A DNA stretch of 64,000 bases, from contig CM082578.2 in NCBI GenBank assembly GCA_040954595.2, positions 5,500,831 to 5,564,830 on the forward strand. Reading direction: 5' to 3'. The notes beneath the pieces are model-generated. The model saw only the letters and a list, made by a program, of their open reading frames with translations. It had not been told where the DNA came from and made no database searches. Position 1 is the stretch's first letter. Each line of letters opens with the position of its first letter. Of this stretch, positions 13,166 through 28,100 are shown piece by piece. A program made the position numbers and the translations under genes. This DNA comes from Balanoglossus misakiensis. Its lineage: Eukaryota > Animalia > Hemichordata.

Positions 13166-15347
13166 GTCACGTCGCTCCCGTAAAACACGACTCACGTCTA
13201 CCTATTATGGGATGATTGCATGGTAATAAACTGTGTGGAATTCTCAGCATCGTACATGTACTACACACCCGCTGTGTTTTACGTTTTGTTATAGTCAAAC
13301 AATTACCACGACGAATATTATCGTTTTGTACGCCTTTTTTTTAGTACGCAAACAGTTCCAATCGTGTTTCTGCCTAAATTACCTACTATAAAATCAGTTA
13401 GCACTTTTCTATACCGGTTCCAATCTTAAGTATAGCATTTCCCTCATGGCCTAAAGACATGCATTATAACAACATAATACATGTATCACATAGGGCTGTG
13501 CCCAAAAGCTGGCAAAGAATATGACACTGGTGTTCACTCATACTAGTAGATAATGATATATTTTATATAAAAATAAGTGACCCATCAGGCGTGTTATATA
13601 TACGAGGAGATTACATAGTTCCGTAGAGGGTAGGCCTATCCTACACCCATTCTACCATTTGCCGGACGGTACCCAATCTCTAACGCATAACGTAAATGTG
13701 ATAGGTTTGAAAATTGTCTCGATAGTTACAAAATACCGGATTTTATGTCTGAGCACACCGTACGGCAAAGATATTGCCTTAGACGAGCATTATTTGTGAA
13801 ACATCTTGTTATTGTTACTGCATATAGCAGTGCATGTTGCAATGCAATGAACATCAAAGGGAAAATATCGAGACTCATTTCATTTACATATAGAATGCTT
13901 GCTTTTGACTTTACAATCTTTTGGCATCTTTACACTCGATACTTGCTCGTTGATCCTAGAATGTTTATCAGGAACTGGGACCGCCAACATATTTCGACGT
14001 AGAACAGCATAAATGTATCAGGCGTTTACATTGTGTATAGTGCATATAGGAACATACTTGTAAACGCACCCCACTACAGGTCCACACAACTGTCTCGTGC
14101 AGAAACAATTGGCGAGATTCAAACCCAATAATATCGCTCTTCAAAAGATACGATGATTTTTCACTAACCAATTGTTTTCTTAACAATCGATCACGTTTTT
14201 TCATTTATTTATGATATATCACAAATAAAAAAGTGAATTTCCGAGTGTGATGAAATGAGGGAATATTGATTTTTTGGGCTCCAATAGCCCTTGGTATTAT
14301 ACATGTAGGACTCCGCATCCTTATGTGCGTGGTTGTTTGAACTCGGATATGTGGATTTATTCAATATGCTAGAAAAAAAAAACTAAAACAAATTTGAATC
14401 ATTCAGTTTGAGTCCAATATCCCATGCATGGACTCCACATCCCGTATTTCCATAGCTATTGCAAGGACTCATACATGGAGAACTACATGCATGATTGTAC
14501 AAAACAACTCCATATGCTACGGCATATGGTGCCGTCTTGCGTTGTGTATAACAATTGATGGGTGCGATGAGTAAATACAGCATCACCGATAAAACAGGTC
14601 ACACATATACGCAGGGTCGAGCATATTTCTCAGAATCAGATGACGTGCGAGCAAATTCAATTTTTTGGGTGGTGAATAAACTGAATAGTACAAGATGGAA
14701 AATGCGAGCGTCTCTGTTTCGTCAGTGATGCTACAGCAAACTAATAAACTTTAACTGCGTGCATTACATTAAATCCAAAAGATGGAGTTAATGTGATGGT
14801 GAGTGGCCGTTTGGCTGTACAGTACATTAAACTCTAACGAGCATGAGGTGCGGTTATTGTAAGCTGTGAAAATGTCTTAATTGATATCACTCTTTTATAA
14901 CGGTCTGTAATAGAGAACCACCGGGGGAGGGGTTCTATAACTTAAACCACGATCCCCCACAGACTTTGTCACCATTGGAGCTTTGCGTATCATTAAGACG
15001 TCGATTTACACAACGCGTACGATTACGTAAAACGATTTCATGCACATTTAGGGTTGTTCCGATAAGAAAGCCAATTTTCCATTTGAGGGTGCTGGAACCA
15101 TACACACTCAAATTCAACATTGGACACAAAAATTGTAAATTCTTTTATAAAAAAAACTTTACCGATGGGCTTTATATAATTTTGTCATCTCCAAAATGTT
15201 ATCAAGAAAACATACACCTCCATAAAACGGTCATTTTCTAGCAGCTGTTAACGTTCACTCATGCGTAGCAATTAAAGACATAAGGACAACATAGTGTGAA
15301 CTGCCGGTGGACGTGAGCCGGCAAGTGTGTCTTCAATCATGTGTAGT

Positions 15348-15547
15348 ACTTTATTTTCGCGAGCAATTAATTTTCGCCAAATACGCGAGAGCCAAAATAG
15401 CGTGAAAATAAAAAGTCGCGTAAATGTTTTTGAAGGTAACGATACAGTGAATGAAAAAAGAGAACGCGAAATTTAATACTCGCGAAACAGTGGCCTCTCT
15501 CGACATCGCGAAAATTTTGACTCGCGAAAATAAAGTGTTTTACAGTA
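15348..15547. mobile_element. Short MITE with imperfect TIRs, right end TTTACAGTA, left end eroded
   Basis: ACTTTATTTTCGCGAG at the left pairs with CTCGCGAAAATAAAGT at the right. Internal repeated CGCGAAA motifs. Confidence 0.6.
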
Positions 15548-16579
15548 TTCTAATAATCGGTCATGATATTATAAAACTAGCATAAAACTGCCTCCAATGT
15601 GATTCATCGTCGGAGAAAGGGCCAGTTGTCGGGTGAAAGAACTTTAAAATTATGTTTTCAGGCTGTGGTGATGATGTGGGGGATGATAAAACTAAACGGA
15701 GGCGTACACTCGATCACGTATGAAGACTTCCCTCTTGAATTATGGAACATCCTCTCAGGAAGAAACCGTCAATTAGGGATCTAATGTCTGCACTAAATGA
15801 AGACAAAATGTTTGCGTTATGCGGATAAACAACTTACTGGGGTTTTATTTTTGTTCGGGGACATTAAGGGCATTTTCACGGCAGTTCGTGATGATTTTGG
15901 CGTTTTAAAATGCATTACAAGTGTTTAACACGTTCGGATGTTCACGACGCTCGACTGATTGTCTCGAGGCAAGCGGAGAAAAATAAATTACTCTCCGATC
16001 ATTTGTAGAATGCCTGGTCGGTAAACACTGGCAAATTGCCTCTGGCAATGAGATTTGAAGAATAGAGACTGCTACGGAGATGGTAATAAGATTGCCTTTT
16101 TTAAAGCAATGATTGGCTAACGTTTCGATGCTTGTTTAAACACGGCGGACAACACTTGATTCGTAACGATACGCGCCAACTGATCTGTGCTCATTTCTCA
16201 GGAAAATGTCGTAAGGTTATTCAAAAGATATTACGCACCCTCCTTCATAAAATATTCACATAGGAGCGAAGTGTCGTGGCGGAAGGATGAGAATTGAATA
16301 TTTTATTGTTCAAAATTATGGAAATGACAATTGGCATCCAGCCAAAAATAGAGCTTCCGAATCGGTAACTTCGTGCGCAGTGTCACACAAACGAACTCAC
16401 CTGCCGTATTTGACAATAAAATACCACTAGACTTCGACAGAAGTTTTGTAGGAATATATTTGCAAATTACAACTTGCCAATATCAGTTGAAAAATCTCTC
16501 TTTGTGTGACAAGCTCATCTAGTATTATACTAACCCCAGAGTGCACTGTTACTTCCCAACCAACATATTTCAGGTTTAA

Positions 16580-17152
16580 AGGTATACGGTCACCTATGCA
16601 AATATAGCTACACTTACCATGGCAAATTGAGATCTAGCCAATCACAGATTTTCAGTGGGTGGCACACGCAAAAAAGGAGCGCCACCATGTGTTCTTTAGA
16701 ACGCTCAAATACTCCATTTCTGACATATATGGGCGTATGTTTAGTTTAGTTTAGTTTAGTTTGGTTAGGGACTAAATATCCTGAGATAATGATGTCCCAT
16801 CAGAGTCTAGTTCGGAAGTACTGGTCAATAAATAAAAAGTCAATGATGCCCATAGATAAGAGTCCGGCAATGAGTTCCAATTCTCTAGTATAGTTCAGAG
16901 TTCAATATTCATGTAAATATCCTCCATGGTGTAATACACACTGTGACACATAAATAAATGATTCATCATTCTCACAAATAAATTCTCGAAATAAAATCTC
17001 ACAAAATAGTTCAATAGCAAGTTCTCTGACGCGAACAGGGAAACAGTTCACTCTTGTATAATCCATCAAATTCTGGTTTGGAAGTGATGGTCAATGTTAT
17101 TTTTGAAATCATTGACATCCTTAGTATGTAAATTAGAGGTGACAGTATACCT
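16580..17152. mobile_element. Non-autonomous Kolobok element related to the 51643-59518 element
   Basis: TTAA|AGGTATACGGTCACCT ... AGGTGACAGTATACCT|CTAA. Subterminal AGCCAATCACAGATTTTCAGTGGGTGGCACA...GCGCCACC matches ~51669-51720. Internal (TTTAG)n at ~16740. Confidence 0.8.
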
Positions 17153-17365
17153 CTAATATTAGTCGAGATTTGTCAAGTAGAGTGTATAGCACATTGTTAC
17201 CATGTTATAAGCACAAGAAGGCGGAATTTTCAAAGAATTTGCTCGTACATTCAATGCTACTCTCGTCCGCGTGATTGTCTTCTTAGGATATATTTAAGGT
17301 GCCTATTGAAGTGGTATTGAAACTCAGCATACACAGACAATTAGGAGCAGGCTGTTATATATTTA

Positions 17366-17675
17366 AGCAATAAAACACCCCCAGCCATGGTATACCACGA
17401 GATTTTGACCAGTTCACGACATATACGCACGAGCGATAGCGAGTGCGTATATGGAGTTGAACCGGTCAAAATCGAGTGGTATACCATGGCTGGGGGTGTT
17501 TTATTGCTATTATATTATGCCAGTATATTGAAACTTTGCATAAAACATTTTAAAAAGGCATTTTCTTTGACTATGATATATGACTGTGGTATATGGCTAA
17601 TATATCACGGTCACGTGTCGTGTCTCGACCAATCAAATAGCGTGATTTACACCATCAATATACTGGTATAATATA
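17366..17675. mobile_element. Double-hairpin MITE
   Basis: Near-perfect palindrome 17366-17508, directly followed by a second inverted-repeat module (TATATTATGCCAGTATATTG at 17511 / CAATATACTGGTATAATATA ending 17675). Confidence 0.7.
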
Positions 17676-19415
17676 ATAAATTATTTGACACTAATAGTTT
17701 ATGAGATAATACTACCAGTAAACCTATGAAACTAATAAGACATTTTATTAAGCCTCTCTGTTTTCAAATTACTTTTAATTATACATGTCGTATTCAATAA
17801 AACTAATCAAGTCTACAGGTCACCTTGCGAATTTCGAAAATCACATTGTATTGCATTTCGTCTACATTAATTAACGTTGTCACAAGCCAATTTAGGCTCC
17901 TACTCACCCAGGAAAAGCAGACAGAACAATAACTGCAATACTGCATCGTATACGTATAATAAGCCGTTTCCTTTCACAATTAACTTAATTTTTTCTGGAG
18001 AAGCGGAGAAAACATCAGTCGAAATGTAGGTGAAGTGGAAACAGTCTTGGATTTTCTGGGACAACACAAATGATGTGCAAACCCCAGAAGTACCTGTGCT
18101 TTACTGTCAATTTGAGAGTAATGGCCGGTAAGATAGGAGACCCATAAATGTTGCACTGCACTGGCGGTGTATAGTTGCCCTTAAGACGACAATGTTCTTA
18201 CCGTATTTGGAATATATCGTCAGTCACTTGACGGATTTGGAACTGCGTTTGGGGAATTGACGGCGCCCAACACACTTATCCCCACGTATGATTACAACGA
18301 AGCCCACTAATGGAAATCGTCCGAATTATCACTTGCAGAAGTACACATCTATACCCCTTGAGCTGCTCTGGTTACATCCAGCGGTCTCCATGACAACACG
18401 GGTTTCATAAGTGACACATCAAATAATGTCTTACGCTTTCCTGCGAGTAATATCCGTTTTATTAGCCACTTGTGCCTATTACCAAATGGCGGCACAACAG
18501 TCACAGAAACCTTGTCGGATTTCTCTTTGAACGCAAATATTTCGTCAGAGCACTTTATGTAGTATCAGCTAATATATTTTCTATATGTGTTCCCAGAACT
18601 TTTTATGCAAATGAAATGGCTTCTGGTAAATGATACTTCAAGTCGTTTTAAGGAGGAGGCGAGCGACGAAGAAACTTAACTAGCTTGTAATCAAAATCAT
18701 AATTCATAAAACATGATGCCCCCGAATACAGGCGAGAACGTAGCTGAAAATAGATCTGGTGGCGTAAATGAGATGGATACCTTAGGCAATCTACCCATTT
18801 CGCTATTAAAAAGCTTATGACTTCATGCTCTACATTCTTTATTGACAGCACTGGCGTCTGCACAAAATCAACGCCATTGGTGTAGATATAGATACTGATC
18901 GATATAGCTATAACATTACCCTCCCGTCTTTCCGCGAGGATTTCACGGGAAAGCGCATGTAGAAGACTGATAAAGGGGCCACCCTCAACTTAAAGAGATT
19001 TCAAACGATTAATCTTGCAGTTGATATGCTGCTGTGTGCATCGTGAGTAGCGAGATAATTTACCTGTGCCCCATGGGAAATATAAATATGTTATATGTAC
19101 AGTGCCATTGTAGTATCTTTGTTGTATTTGTGATGAATGTCCTGAAGGAATATAAATAAACATCAAGCGGCACGAATGAAGAAAGGTTCATTAAGCCATC
19201 TTACAATTGAGGTTAATGTTGCAAAGGATCGATGACTATAACTCACCGGTAAGGTAGTGTCAAAAGTTATTATTTACTATTAATGAAATCTGAATTAGAT
19301 ATCTGAATTAAGGTGTCTTGACATCAGTTCCTTAAGGCTGATCTGTCATCAGCGGTGTCATGTGAATAATATAGTTATAATAAATAGCTATCAGATAACT
19401 ATCAGATAGCCTTAA

Positions 19416-19754
19416 AGGGACAAAGTCTCTCTCTCGCTGCACTTTTTCCATTAATTATGTTTGATACAAGACACTGTTATGTACATGTGGATATATCACG
19501 AATCAACGTTGAACCACACACACCTTCCATCCCGCTTGTAGACACGAGAGTGAAAAACACTCACCAAAATGAATAATCGGTCTCTACCATTTATTTATTT
19601 TAGGCGAGTTTTTACTCTCAGATCACACAAGCGGGATGGAAGTTGTGTGTGGTTGAACATTCATTCACTGCATATACACATGTACATTGACACAAACATT
19701 GTCTTGTAAACATAATTAATGGAAAAAGGGCAGCGAAAGAGAGACTTTGTCCCG
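19416..19754. mobile_element. Palindromic TTAA-inserting MITE (Kolobok-type AGG...CCT ends), copy 1
   Basis: TTAA|AGGGACAAAGTCTCTC...GAGAGACTTTGTCCCG|TCAA. The element is almost entirely an inverted repeat and is homologous to 24803-25148. Confidence 0.8.
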
Positions 19755-22700
19755 TCAACTTCAAAGTTCTAGGAAAGGTTGCTCAATCCTATAAGTCGCG
19801 AGACTACTCTCTGTAGCTTGTTTTGAAGTCGTTGTCGGTTAGCCCAACGTATGTCTCCTGGGTATTGTTGTCTGTGCGCGTAACTGTGGCTTGGGAGATG
19901 ATAGCAGTTTGGAGGCAGTTACATGTTTATTATTTTTGTTGCTTGTGATTTCAAAATACGTTCGTTGTGGTTGTCGATCATCTGTTTCGTGTTGTTCATG
20001 CAGCTGTATAGCCGATGCTCATCTTGTTCATGTTGAATATTTTCCTTAGCTCGGGAAACATGTTAATCCATCGGGGACTAAATGTTGTGCCATGACTTGT
20101 TGCTTGTGTTACAGGAATGAAACAAAAAACCCTACCGACCAACTGATCAACCACAAAACCCTGTTCGAATTACTGCAGGATTCTGTCGTATTGGATGGCA
20201 CAAGGCCAATTTGTGTGATTGCATTCAAAAGCTGGTCGCCCTGAAATTTAATCAAGCGTTGGCGCAAAATTGATAACATCGCCAAGCCTGTTCACTCAGA
20301 GAGATCGCAGTTCAATGCCTTTAATGAGTTGGGTTTAGTTCTCTGACATTTACGGAAACAGGTTAATTAGAGTCTGAGAGGGAGATCGTTTAACACAAAA
20401 TGTCAAATGAAACCGCTGGCTTGCAACTAAATAGTATTATTTGACAAACAATCTGACGTTTACATATAAACCTTAAAGCCATGCAGCTGTACCATCTGTT
20501 ACAGAAATTCTTTTAGGCATGTGCTATAGCAAAACATCCCCTACGTAGAATACACAGGCAAAACACATTGGTTATATTTGGAAAGAAATTGGTAGGCTGC
20601 AGCTGTCCATTCACAGAAGTCTTTCCATCATTGTTTGTTTAATTTGTTTCTAAAATCAATTTTGCCACTTTAGTTAAAACAAATCACGTCCTCTTTCTAT
20701 TGTTCATTTTTTAGCTAGTTATAGCTGATGATACATTTACACAGTCATCAGGCTGGGCATAGAATGCACAAATATATCCTCATAAAATGTTAAGGGCGAG
20801 ACTTTTTAACAGACTGTGGTCTCTCACTTCTTGGCCAATACTTTCTTTGGTATCAAAAGTTCAATGTTTCAAAGGTTCTATATTTTAAATGCTTCTACAT
20901 TAAAAATAGGCTAGGCCTTGATCAAAATCAAATGCTTAACAATTTTCATTGGAATTTTCATGTTGGTTTATTTTAAAGTTTGGAAACGAAATGTAATCCG
21001 CGGAAGGACAGTGTTGTCCATCCTTTAATTCTAAGTTGATTTATATAAAGTTAACTGTCGGCTCTGTGTAAACCCTTACCTGATGGTTTTCGCCTTTCGT
21101 GCAATATTCAAAATCCATCCTTTCCGAGCTTAATTAACACATTCTGATCCTCCCTGGAAAACATGGTACTTGCCGGAATATATGGAAATCAGTCTATACG
21201 ACTTTGGGAGCTATCTGGCATAAATATGAATGAATAAAAGCTAGTTCCAATGCTGCGTAATGAAGTCATACCCAAAAACCGTAATTATACAGGTCGCAAG
21301 TGCCAACGCTATTTTGAAGAAGACGTTTTATTAAAACATAGCCATTTTGAAGAAAACCTATGTTTATGTACGTATGTATGTACGTACATAGATAATCAAA
21401 TGACGGGGCTATGGTCATAAATAGTTTATAATAGTATAATGTATAGTGTACTGCTTCGGTGGTTCTCCCTCTCTCGTCGTAAAACAGATTACGAGGGATT
21501 TAGCAAGTCATATAATTAAGAACTAATTGGTAGAATCAAACTATTCTAAGAAATTTATCGTCTGTGCCAAGGTCGGGAACATCTAGCCATAAATCATTAT
21601 ATCAATCACGTTGTCTTTGTCTATTTAGACTTAAAAGACATAATTTGTGTAAGAGCGTTTGAGAGGATGCAAAAGCGGTGAATTTGCCTTCCTCACAAAA
21701 TAAATACCACACAAACCTATTCACTGATGAGTTTCTATAATTTCTCGCGATATTTTAAAACATAATTCATACCAGAGAATGTACCGTTTGGCTATGGTGA
21801 GGTGTGACCTGACCAAATAAGTTATATTAATCTACATGTATGTTTATCCACACCGATCAGCAATCATCGTCGTAAACCACGACCTCTTTACGGCAAGAGT
21901 TTCTGCGCAGGTGACTCTAGCTCGCGAGAATGAGCAGCAATCGGAGCGACGTCTCGGAAACAAATTATGATCTATGGCAAAGGAATGCGTTCAGATGGCT
22001 AGACCAGTGCATTATAGTTTTGAGAGGAAAGGTAAATTTGACACAGGACGATAATTTCTGAAAATGTTTGCATCTAAGTGAATGAATTAATGAACACTTT
22101 ATTTCACCAGATGTTTCACAGTATAAATTAACAAAAATAGAAGAAAGGGTGTTACTTAAGCTGTACAAAGTCACAAAGGAAAACAGGAGGAGAAAAACGC
22201 ATTGTAATATTGTGCGATCTGGTTGGAAGAGGCTTCAGACGAAGAGCTGATGACAAGACATGAACAATGATTGTGTGACATCCCACGCCTTTATCTCCTC
22301 AAGCAACCCACGTCTTTGCGAGCTTCGGCACCATCAATAATCAATGATTTTAAGTTTATATTCCAGTTTACAGTTCGAGTCGTCTCACAATATTCTGGAC
22401 CGAAACACATTCTCAATTAGAGCTCGTAGTGCACTCTAGCGAAGACAAAAAGACGCCCTGGGTCTGAAATGCTCTTATTTGATGTGGGTGTTCTGGTGGT
22501 GAAATTTCATACGATGTTAGTCATAATTTATTTACTGAACTATTTATAATGTACACGCATGGCTTTTAGACAATGTTAATAAATAATCCGTCCTTTCACT
22601 ACTTTTACCAACGAACAAGATTTAGCTTTTCTCGGTAATTTCACTTCTCTGCATTTTCTGTACACTGACGTTCAATTTGTCTGACTCTGTATTTGTCACA

Positions 22701-24802
22701 TGGAAGTTCGTCTTTATTATTTATCGGGTCTTTTGTAGATCAACATCAATGCCGCGTAGAACAAGCGACATCTCAGGCATAGCTATGTATCTTTTGTGTT
22801 CCCTCACGCAAAGTCAAAATCATCCTGAAGGCAGAACCTGTATCTCGGGTCGCTCACTGACAGTGAAGGTTGACGTCAATGTCAGACCAATGTATATTAT
22901 TGGACGTTTACGCCATAAAGTGTGCAGAAACGCTGTCAATGCTTCTATTGATCCCTTTTATTACCGGTGATATTAGGTCATTTTAATTAATTACGCCTTT
23001 AACTCAGACATGTGCAGAATTGAATGCACTGAATGAATGCGAACCGCGCACTGCACGATCACTCAAGAGCGCATTTCAGCATCCCACTTCAATTTAATTG
23101 AAAATAGGCGTCACTACCATGGTAACCCTGGTCAATACACCTGGAACGATACAACGCAAAACGTACGCCTGGATAGAAAATGAATTAAACCCTGCCACTT
23201 TGATGAAAAGACGCGAGGTGAATAGGACTTTCCGTATTGCATATACATGTACATGTACATGTAGATGTACTGCCGATTATACCTCGTTGGTGCCGGCAAA
23301 ATAAGGGAAAACATTGAACGCCAAGAACGCTAGAGCAGATTACTGAGCGCAAGAGGCCAAGAATTGTTAGAATCGTATAGAGAAGAAGAAAAAAAAACGG
23401 TTGTAGACAACAAAACTTATTTCTATCATATTAGTATTTATCTATTTTCTCGAATAAATCCATGTTTTTAAAACCGAGAAATGGAAAAAGTTGATCATTT
23501 CCCAATGCAGGTAATTTGTGACGCCTTTGCATGAAGCAATAAGGAAAACGGGGTAATTAGATTTTTGAAAGTGTAAAAATTTTCCATACGCGAATCTGAA
23601 TAAGAAATAACTAACAGTAATTGTTTTATCAGCAGAAGTCCAAACACGATTTCTGATGCTCCTCTAATTCTATGCCAACTACCCGATGCTGCCATCCTGC
23701 AAAAACGTGGGCAGCGTGGTTTATGATCTATTGTAGAAGTTACCGCACATAGTGGCCACGCCTTATTCTGCAGTGTACTTCTCTTGACTGTGACGTGCGT
23801 CAACACGCTTTGGAAAGTTGGCTTTGGCGAAGGGAGTTCACAACATATTGCCGTTGTTGAGATGACTGTTAAATACATGTATTTGTTATGCGCTCATCCG
23901 AATATTGTGAAGGTGGTACATCGGTTACGTAAATTTAGAAATCAACAACCGAAATGTTTCGGGCATGTAACGATTGCAATTTAGCTGAAATGTACATGTG
24001 GTTTGTGTCGGCTACTCCAAATAGGTCGAACAGTTTCATGTGAGATGACACTGGCAAGCAACTGAACTCGAAACGAACAATACAACTACGTTAGAGTTTT
24101 TGAGGGCTTGCCATATTTAGATGTATCTCTCTCTTAATCTGCTTCAGCGCTCTGATCGCAAGATTATAGATGTCTACCTCTAAGGTAATGTACGATCCGA
24201 TTACAGGGATTAGGGATTTACAATACGCAAACTCACCGACTTGTTATACAAAATAATCCCTCCTTGAAACCTCGTATTAATATTTCATGCCTTTCCAAAA
24301 GCCTGATATGTTGTTTGAACATCGATTTTGTTCGCTTGTTCACTGATCGTCGATCACTGAAATGGAAACATGAAGTACACAATCGATGTCCTTATAGTCA
24401 TTTTCTCAATTGATGTGAGACATCAGGCTGCAGTACCTTCATTTTCACGTTACCCTTTGTTAATATTTAAAGTGAGGGCATGTTGGACTATTTCTTCTGT
24501 CCATTATTTCACGAGAAGCTTCGGCAGGACGAAACATCTTTGATGGAAGAGAGTAATTTTCATAAATTGAGAGGTTCAAAAGTAAGTAGTTATTCTTGTT
24601 TTTACAAAGGTTCATAAAATAATGTGTCCAAATTCTAAATAATAGAAGTCTAGATCTGTTCATTATACATGTAAGCTTGATTTGCGAGTAACATTGTGTG
24701 CGTATTAGCATAAACCTACAATATTAAGAACACGTATCTCGGCTGCAAGAACAATGCATTCATAGCTTGCACGTGCCTTTCACAGGGGTTGTACAACTTT
24801 AA

Positions 24803-25148
24803 AGGGACAAAGTCTCTCTCCAGCTGCCCCTTTTTCATTAATTATGTTTGATACAAGACACTGGTTATGTTGATGTAAATGTGGATATATAGTGAATCAA
24901 TGATCAACCACACAAAACTTCAATCCCACTTGTATGATATGAGAGTAAAAACTCGCCCAAAATGAATAAATGGTAAAGAACGATTATTCATTTTGGCGAG
25001 TTTTTTCACTCTCCTGTCTATAAGAGGGATGGAAGTTGTGTGTGGTTGAACGTTCATTAACTATATATCCACATGTAGAATAACGAACGGTGTCTTGTAT
25101 CAAACATAATTAATGGAAAAAGGGCAGCGAGAGAGAGACTTTGTCCCT
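24803..25148. mobile_element. Palindromic TTAA-inserting MITE, copy 2 (opposite orientation to copy 1)
   Basis: TTAA|AGGGACAAAGTCTCTC...GAGAGACTTTGTCCCT|TTTA. The central asymmetric part is the reverse complement of that in copy 1. Confidence 0.8.
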
Positions 25149-28100
25149 TTTACCGGGGTTCAGTGGAATAATAACGTAATCTTCTCATATTTCACAGAGT
25201 GACAGTTCATATCTCCGAAGTGCAAGTGACATTTAAATAGGTAAACGTAATGACCCCAAGAAAACTGCTGAACGTGTTGCAGAACCATAGTCACCGATGG
25301 TTATGGGGCGATAAGACAGGTATAGCTGCGATACGATCGCGATACAAAGAAATGTCGCAGGTCGATCAGACCCAGCCAACGTGGTGTGGAATACATCGCC
25401 CCGACATATGTATCGTCTGGGTCTATAGAGTAAATATTTGGGTCGTGTCGTCCTTTACATGTATATGAAACGCGAGTATGGAATTACGTGTAGTTATGCT
25501 ATTTATACTTCTGAAATCATTATTTTTGACCTCATTCTAAATAACATGGTCGGCTTTGACATGCAATGGGTAGAGTAAGGTGAAAATGAGTCATGCAAGC
25601 TTAAATGTTAATATTAGGTATATCCTACTGGGTCGAGTTGTCACCTTTCCGTATACAGCGATAGCTTTAAAGCGTATAAATCAGATATAAAATGTAAAAA
25701 AATATTTACAGCGATACATAATGTTTCGTAAAGCTCTCCCGTTCTCTTGCTGCAGCATATTAAGCAAAAGAGAAACACGGCGTCGCGAACAATAAACTGA
25801 CTTATTGCTTTCCTCAATCTTGAATGTACACAAACTAGAATGAATATAATTGTTGTAGAAGTTCAAACCTACTGAGGACAATTATGTCCGTGACTTCATT
25901 TCACCGTAAGCATAAAACATTCATGGGAACAAGGTCAGTGTCTGACATGACACAGATTCAGGCAGACTTAACGTCCATTTCCTATACAGGTAGATTACGT
26001 TGCTTATCTTCAACAGTGCAGTAACGTGGTATTTACATATAGACGTTTGACATAAAACCACATTTATAACAGTTTCGAGATTATCAATGCAACAGTTCGT
26101 CCACATTCCCTGTCGCCATCCAGGGCACTTGCTTGGGTTAAGTCATTTTTATATGCCAAATTTAAGCTTTTGCGTAATTACGTGTAATATACTAGTACCT
26201 TGCACAGTCTACTATAGCATGCATGGCACATGTTATGGAATTTGAGCTTTTATTACTGGGCTGTACACTATATTATTCCCTATCGTTTTCATTGCTATTC
26301 AATGTTAAGGTGTTATTCTGAAAGGAAACCGAGCTCATTTGGCTTGCATATTTTTTTCTTATCAACATCAAATTGATGCTTCATATGGCTGATTTTCGTA
26401 TACATGAGGACTCATGTACGCGTTTTCGGGACAATAAACAACCCCCACAATATATCTGTGACTAATACCGAGTGTGAAAAACATCATGACCTATACTGAA
26501 CAACTAGACATACATGATCGACAATTTATAAAGTTCCTCAGAATGTCTATTTTCCATGTAGTTCAAAATTCAGCAAGTTGTAATATGATTAATATGATGA
26601 TTTAATCATTAAATATTCATCATCATTTTATTTGGTCGCTTCTTAATTTCAAAGCAGATTAATATTTGAAATCTCGACATTTGTTCGGGGGTTGCGATAG
26701 CAAAAGTGAACCTAATCCCACTACCCTGCAAATAAACAGATCTGAATTCAAAATGTATGACAAAACCTTATCCGAATAATCACCGTTTACAGTAACGATT
26801 TGGATTTTGTATGCACTTTTTCCATTAAGCGATGGCTGTGTGTTACGCATCCATAAAACATGTTGCAACACTCATCGGTGTTTATTATATATTGTAACAT
26901 CGAGTAGTGAATGTGCGCCCGTGTTTATCATGAATTGTAGGCGTGGTCAATGACCTTACGTTATGGAAGCAGCTTGTACAATATAATGGCATCTACTGCT
27001 ATGTAGTGATTTGTCACAATTCGAACTTGCCGTTATGAATTGAATGTTTAAAGCCCCACGAGCTGCCAAATTTCACAATTTTTTTTCGACGGTAAAATAC
27101 TCAAAATTCTCCATATCCTTTAAAATCCTCACCATTACTAGTAATATTACTTGTATTTGCATCAGTATGTCACCTCTTGTGACGCATACCACGATAGCTG
27201 TGTACTGTTTGTATGGAGGCTGATTAAATTGGTGCGGCAGCCGTTTAGGCTAATATTCATGCACTTGTTCAAATTGCAACATACAGCCACAATCGGGCGT
27301 CGATAAGATGTTCATGTATACCTATCACTAAGCTTATTCAGATGGACCAATCTAAGTTAGAAAGTCAAAACATGAAATTAATGCAGTCATTCTTACACAG
27401 GTCGCCATTTGGACCTGAATTACGATTAAATGTTTGTTACCCTCATATATATTGTCCGTGATTGGCGCTTTTATACATACATGCTTGGACACAGCTGCAT
27501 GTACATTACGTCTGTTTGGTACAGATTAGTCAATTTTACGCAGTTGTCTGTTGGAAAAACGTGCTCCACACTGGAACTCTCAACACGCACTGCTTCAACA
27601 GCGCAATTGGGATGGGGGAGCGCCTCTTTGTCTACTAAATTGTGACATTGTTACACTTTCAGAGATAACGTGTCGCTGAAATGAAAGAAATACGGTGTTT
27701 CTAGTTTGGCGTTTGTTGCAGCTATTTTGAATTCTGTAGTAATACCCAGAATACAGTGCATTCCACACGAACGTGGTACATTACAGAAAAGTGTACGTCT
27801 GTTGCGAATCTATATTTCCCGCACATTCTAATACAGTATACACATCAGTTTAATCACACTTAGCGTTGTATGCCTGCGTATACCTAGGCCGTTCTGAATG
27901 GGGAAAATGTTACGTATTCAAAAGAGTAGTTTAATTCCATGTCACACAATACAAGGCACACATATAATTGAATAAGTGACCTCATCATGTCATTTTGACA
28001 TGCCATTGTTGTTGACAACGTGGCCTTGGCCTTAAATTTTGATCCCAGAGCGTTGAGTAAAAACCTGTTGCTGAGTAACCAATGGCAGGTATATGAAAAA

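Noticed and set aside
20470-27070. Isolated TTAAAG-starting sequences (~20472, ~27048; also ~4607, ~59894) as Kolobok-like ends
   Set aside because: No matching opposite TIR could be found by eye.
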